The notes under the pieces: model-generated
The model's input: the letters and a program-made list of their open reading frames with translations, nothing else
The model's database searches: none
Told to the model about the DNA's origin: nothing
Part shown: positions 24,087-28,025 of the stretch, piece by piece
How the letters are laid out: the number at the start of each line of letters is the position of its first letter
Numbering within the stretch: position 1 is the stretch's first letter
Assembly: GCA_039588275.1 (NCBI GenBank)
Contig: JBDHAC010000053.1
Coordinates: 1-28,025, forward strand
Direction of reading: 5' to 3'
Length of the DNA: 28,025 bases
Source of the DNA: Gemmatimonadota bacterium
Lineage (GTDB): Bacteria > Gemmatimonadota > Gemmatimonadetes > Palauibacterales > Palauibacteraceae
Translations under genes and position numbers: made by a program

Positions 24087-27000
24087 ATGTTCGATCGACT
24101 CGTTCGCTGGTCCCTCGATAACCGCCTCCTCGCCGTCGTTGCGGCCGGACTGATCCTCATCGCCGGGGGCTTCGTCGCGGTCACCGCTCCGGTCGACGTG
24201 TTTCCCGACCTCACCGCGCCCACGGTCACGATCCTCACGGATGCGCACGGGATGGCGCCCGAGGAAGTCGAGGTGCTCGTCACCTTCCCGATCGAGACGG
24301 CCGTAAACGGAGCCACCGGCGTCCGTCGGGTTCGATCCAGCTCGGCCCAGGGAATCAGCATCGTGTGGGTCGACTTCGATTGGGGCACGAACATCTTCCG
24401 TGCCCGCCAGGTGGTCACCGAAAAGCTCCAGCTCGCCGCTTCGCAACTGCCGGAAGACGTCGATGCGCCCGTGCTCGCGCCGATCACGTCCATCATGGGC
24501 GAGATCATGCTCGTGGGTCTCTCCGCTCCGGCAGGTCTCGAGATGGAGGCGCGGACGCACGCCGACTGGACCATCCGCCGTCGCCTGCTCGCCCTGCCCG
24601 GTGTGGCGCAGGTCGTTCCGATCGGCGGTTGGGTCAAACAGTATCAGGTCACCGTGAGCCCGGATCGGCTACGGGCGTACGAGATCAGCCTGCACGAAGT
24701 GCTGGGCGCGGCCTCCCAAGCCAACCGGAACGCCGCGGGCGGCGTGTTTCGGTCCGATGGCCGCGAGGTGCTCATACGTGGTCTCGGTCGGGCTCGAGGC
24801 GTCGACGACATCGGGGCCACGGTCGTCGCGACCCGCGGTACGACGCCGATTCTCCTGAAGGATGTGGCCGAGGTCGCGATCGGACCGAAGGTCCGGTTCG
24901 GCACCGCCGCGGTGAACGCGGAACCGGCGGTCATCATCTCGATCCAAAAGCAACCGCTCGCCAACACGCTCGAGCTGACCCGACGTATAGACGAAGAGCT
25001 GGACTCGATCGCGTCCGAGCTGCCGGACGGGATCGCTATCGAGCGCGAGATCTTCCGCCAGGCCGACTTCATCGAGCTCGCCGTCGAGAACGTGGTGGCG
25101 GCGCTGCGGGATGGGGCGATTCTGGTCATCGTCGTGCTCTTCTTCTTCCTGTGGAGCTTCCGCACGACAGCGATCTCGGTGCTGGCCATCCCGCTCTCGC
25201 TGGCCCTCGCCGTGCTCGGGCTCCGGGCGCTCGGTGGGACGATCAACACGATGACGCTCGGCGGGATGGCGATCGCGATCGGTGCCCTGGTCGACGACGC
25301 GATCATCTTCGTCGAGAACGTCTTCCGGCGGCTGCGCGAGAACCGGCACCGTCCAGAAGCCGTGCGGAAACCGACGCTCGAGGTCATCTACGACGGAGCC
25401 CGCGAAATCCGGGCGCCCATCCTGAACGCCACGCTGATCATCACGATCGTGTTCGTGCCGCTCTTCTTCCTGTCCGGTGTCGAGGGCCGGATGCTCAGGC
25501 CGCTGGGCCTCGCGTACGTCGTCAGCATCCTGTCATCGCTGCTCGTGGCGGTGACCGTGACCCCGGCGCTGTGCGCCTACCTGCTCCCTCGAGCGCGCCA
25601 CCTGGAGCAGGAGCGCGAGAGCTGGCTGGTCGAGAGACTCAAGAGCGCTTACGAGCGGACGCTGAGGGTCACCCTCGCGGTGCCCCGACTCGTGCTGGCA
25701 GGCGCGGCGCTGCTCGTGGCCGGGACACTGGCGATCGTGCCATCGCTGGGGAGCGGCTTCCTCCCGGAGTTCCAGGAAGGGACGCTGACGGTGTCGACCG
25801 TCACGATGCCGGGCACGGCCCTGGACGAGGCGGACCGGGTCGGTGCGACGGTGGAGCGACGGCTCCTCGGGCACCCCGCGGTCACATCGACGGCGCGTCG
25901 AACAGGACGCGCGGAGCTGGACGAGCACGCGCAGGCCGTAAACGCATCCGAGATCGACGTACGTCTCGACCTGACCGAGCTCCGGCTCTCACGCGTGATG
26001 GAGGAGGTGCGGGATCGGCTGGCCGGGCTTCCCGCGACGGCGGTGACGGTCGGACAGCCGATCGGCCACCGCATCGATCACATGTTGTCGGGGACTCGGG
26101 CGGCGATCGCCATCAAGCTGTTCGGCCCCGACCTGCGGGAGCTGCGAGACCTCGGACGTGACGTGCGTGACATCGCGGAGACCATCGATGGAATCGTGGA
26201 CCTCTCTGTAGAGCAGCAGGCCGATGTCCCCCAGATCCAGATCCGCGCGCGGCGTGACGCGATGGCGAAGTACGGGGTGACTTCCGCCGCCCTGGCGGAG
26301 GTGGTCGACGTGGGGTTCAGCGGCGAGGTCGTGTCGCAGATCCGCGAATCCGAGCGCGTCTTCGATCTCATCGTCCGATTCGGCGAGGGGGCTCGAGGCT
26401 CGGCGGCGCGGATGGCTGAAGCGCTCGTGGACACACCGCTCGGACCCAAGGTGCCGCTTAGCGAGCTGGCGACCGTGGAACCCGGCAGAGGGCCGAACAC
26501 CATCAACCGCGAGAACGTCCAGCGGAAGTTGGTCGTCAGCGCGAACGTCGCCGGGCGTGACGTCGGCGGCGCGGTCGAAGAACTGCGCGACCGGATCGCG
26601 GCAGAGGTTGCCACCCCGCAGGGATACCGGGTCGAGTTCGGGGGTCAATTCGAGAGCGGGCGGGCCGCGACACGCGCGATCACGATCCTCTCGATCTTCT
26701 CCCTGGCCGCGATCTTCCTGATCCTGTTCCAGGAATTCGGGAACCTGAGAATCGCGCTGCTCCTGCTCGTGAATCTGCCTCTGGCGCTCACCGGGGGAGT
26801 GTTCGCCGTGCTCCTGTCGGGCGGGGTCATCAACGTCGCCACGCTCGTCGGCTTCATCACGCTGTTCGGGATCGCCGTGCGAAACGGCATCCTGCTGGTG
26901 AGCCGCTACGTGGATCTCGCCGGCGGCGGCTCTTCCACGCACGATGCGATCACGCGCGGCTCGCTCGAGCGTCTGAGCCCGATCCTGATGACCGCGCTTA

Positions 27001-27212
27001 CCGCGGCGCTCGCGCTCGTCCCGCTGGCGCTCGGACTCGGCGAGCCGGGCAAAGAGATCCAGGCGCCACTGGCGATCGTAGTGCTGGGTGGCTTGTTTAC
27101 CTCCACCGCTCTCAACATGGTGGTCGTCCCGGCGTTGTTCCTTCGTTATGGTGGGCTGGAAGGCAGCCGCCCACGTAGTCGCACCAACCCGGAAATCGAG
27201 AGGTCGTCATGA
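24087..27212 (+). CDS. CusA/CzcA-family heavy-metal RND efflux permease
   Basis: 1041 aa; VDVFPDL, EEVEVLVTFPIE, TM4 AIAIGALVDDAIIFVEN, GVEGRMLRPL, RLSPILMTAL. Confidence 0.95.
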   Translation: MFDRLVRWSLDNRLLAVVAAGLILIAGGFVAVTAPVDVFPDLTAPTVTILTDAHGMAPEEVEVLVTFPIETAVNGATGVRRVRSSSAQGISIVWVDFDWGTNIFRARQVVTEKLQLAASQLPEDVDAPVLAPITSIMGEIMLVGLSAPAGLEMEARTHADWTIRRRLLALPGVAQVVPIGGWVKQYQVTVSPDRLRAYEISLHEVLGAASQANRNAAGGVFRSDGREVLIRGLGRARGVDDIGATVVATRGTTPILLKDVAEVAIGPKVRFGTAAVNAEPAVIISIQKQPLANTLELTRRIDEELDSIASELPDGIAIEREIFRQADFIELAVENVVAALRDGAILVIVVLFFFLWSFRTTAISVLAIPLSLALAVLGLRALGGTINTMTLGGMAIAIGALVDDAIIFVENVFRRLRENRHRPEAVRKPTLEVIYDGAREIRAPILNATLIITIVFVPLFFLSGVEGRMLRPLGLAYVVSILSSLLVAVTVTPALCAYLLPRARHLEQERESWLVERLKSAYERTLRVTLAVPRLVLAGAALLVAGTLAIVPSLGSGFLPEFQEGTLTVSTVTMPGTALDEADRVGATVERRLLGHPAVTSTARRTGRAELDEHAQAVNASEIDVRLDLTELRLSRVMEEVRDRLAGLPATAVTVGQPIGHRIDHMLSGTRAAIAIKLFGPDLRELRDLGRDVRDIAETIDGIVDLSVEQQADVPQIQIRARRDAMAKYGVTSAALAEVVDVGFSGEVVSQIRESERVFDLIVRFGEGARGSAARMAEALVDTPLGPKVPLSELATVEPGRGPNTINRENVQRKLVVSANVAGRDVGGAVEELRDRIAAEVATPQGYRVEFGGQFESGRAATRAITILSIFSLAAIFLILFQEFGNLRIALLLLVNLPLALTGGVFAVLLSGGVINVATLVGFITLFGIAVRNGILLVSRYVDLAGGGSSTHDAITRGSLERLSPILMTALTAALALVPLALGLGEPGKEIQAPLAIVVLGGLFTSTALNMVVVPALFLRYGGLEGSRPRSRTNPEIERSS

Positions 27213-28025
27213 AACGAAACGCGCTCTTGACCGCCGCGCTGCTGATCACCGCGGCGGGCTCGCTGTTGGCGCACGACATGTTCCTCAAGCTGGAGACCTT
27301 CTTCCTCGCCGAGAACACTACGGTTGCGATCCAGCTCATCAACGGGACGTTCGACAAGAGCGAGAACGCGATCACCCGCGACCGGATGGCCGACGTGAGC
27401 GTCGTCACCGGCGACGGATATGTGATGAAACCCGCGGAGTCGGCCTGGCACGATCACCCCCGCTCGTCATGGCTCGAGTTCGAGACGGGCGCGGCGGGCA
27501 CGTACGTGGTGGGCGTCTCGACCAACCCCACCGTATTCGAGCTCTCCGGAGAGGATTTCGACGGATACCTCGAGCATGACGGCGTGGTGGATGTCCTCGA
27601 GAAGCGGAAGGCGGAGGGCACGTTCGGACAGTCGGCCGTCGAGCGGTACTCCAAGCACGTGAAGGCGATCGTGCAGGTGGGTGAGGCGCGCACGAACGCG
27701 TACGAGCATGCGCTCGGGTTCCCGGTCGAGTTCATCCCGCTCCAGAACCCCTACGAGGTCGGGGTCGGCGACACGTTCCAGGTGCAGTTCCTCAAGTACG
27801 GCGAACCGGTTGCGAATCAGATCATCTACGCGAGCCACGAGGCATACCACGGCCACGCCGAAGGGGGCGGCCACATCGAGGCGGTGAGCACGCGCACGAA
27901 CGGCGAAGGGGTCGCGAGCTTCCGGGTGTCCGCGGAAGGGAAGTGGTACATCCGCACGATCAACATGATCGAGCCGGACGACGCCGAGGCGGACTACGAG
28001 TCGAACTGGGCGACGCTGACGTTCG
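27209..28025 (+). CDS. DUF4198-family exported metal-binding protein (runs off the window end)
   Basis: MKRNALLTAALLITAAGSLLA|HDMFL..., ERYSKHVKAIVQVG, LGFPVEFIPLQNPY, HEAYHGHAEGGGH, DYESNWATLTF; ATGA overlap with the RND stop. Confidence 0.85.
   Translation, partial: MKRNALLTAALLITAAGSLLAHDMFLKLETFFLAENTTVAIQLINGTFDKSENAITRDRMADVSVVTGDGYVMKPAESAWHDHPRSSWLEFETGAAGTYVVGVSTNPTVFELSGEDFDGYLEHDGVVDVLEKRKAEGTFGQSAVERYSKHVKAIVQVGEARTNAYEHALGFPVEFIPLQNPYEVGVGDTFQVQFLKYGEPVANQIIYASHEAYHGHAEGGGHIEAVSTRTNGEGVASFRVSAEGKWYIRTINMIEPDDAEADYESNWATLTF

Noticed and set aside
24365..26161. Long alternative-frame and antisense ORFs (also 3860-5026, 12497-13954, 17645-18385)
   Set aside because: Low-complexity or motif-free shadow ORFs overlapping well-supported genes in GC-rich DNA.

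Overview
GC-rich bacterial window, mostly accessory DNA, with five blocks. (1) 1-1400: a short asparaginase gene and an archaemetzincin remnant. (2) 1637-5260: a tRNA-Arg(CCT) 3'-half att-like site, a tyrosine-integrase remnant, and five small same-strand genes interleaved with four copies of an unexplained ~33-bp motif (CGGCTGGGTCTGGGACGCACGAGACGGCT-AGGT), giving a cassette-like array. (3) 5539-15941: a tightly coupled 8-gene operon. It encodes an FG-GAP/ASPIC-UnbV lipoprotein, a hydrazine-synthase alpha-like heme protein, a hydrazine-synthase beta/gamma-like triheme fusion, a beta-propeller, a single-domain chorismatase-like Rid protein, a DAHP synthase without a regulatory domain and two orphan LivJ-type binding proteins. 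This is the best candidate for an undescribed system. (4) 16115-20617 (minus strand): a winged-helix-regulated uppS/DUF4153 envelope cluster with palindromic operators, followed by a second tRNA-Arg att copy at 20641, so blocks 2-4 look like a ~19-kb island. (5) 20773-end: a His-rich leader peptide with two RAPP motifs ahead of a czcCBA-like metal efflux operon and a DUF4198 gene. All family calls come from motif recognition by eye; no database searches were run.
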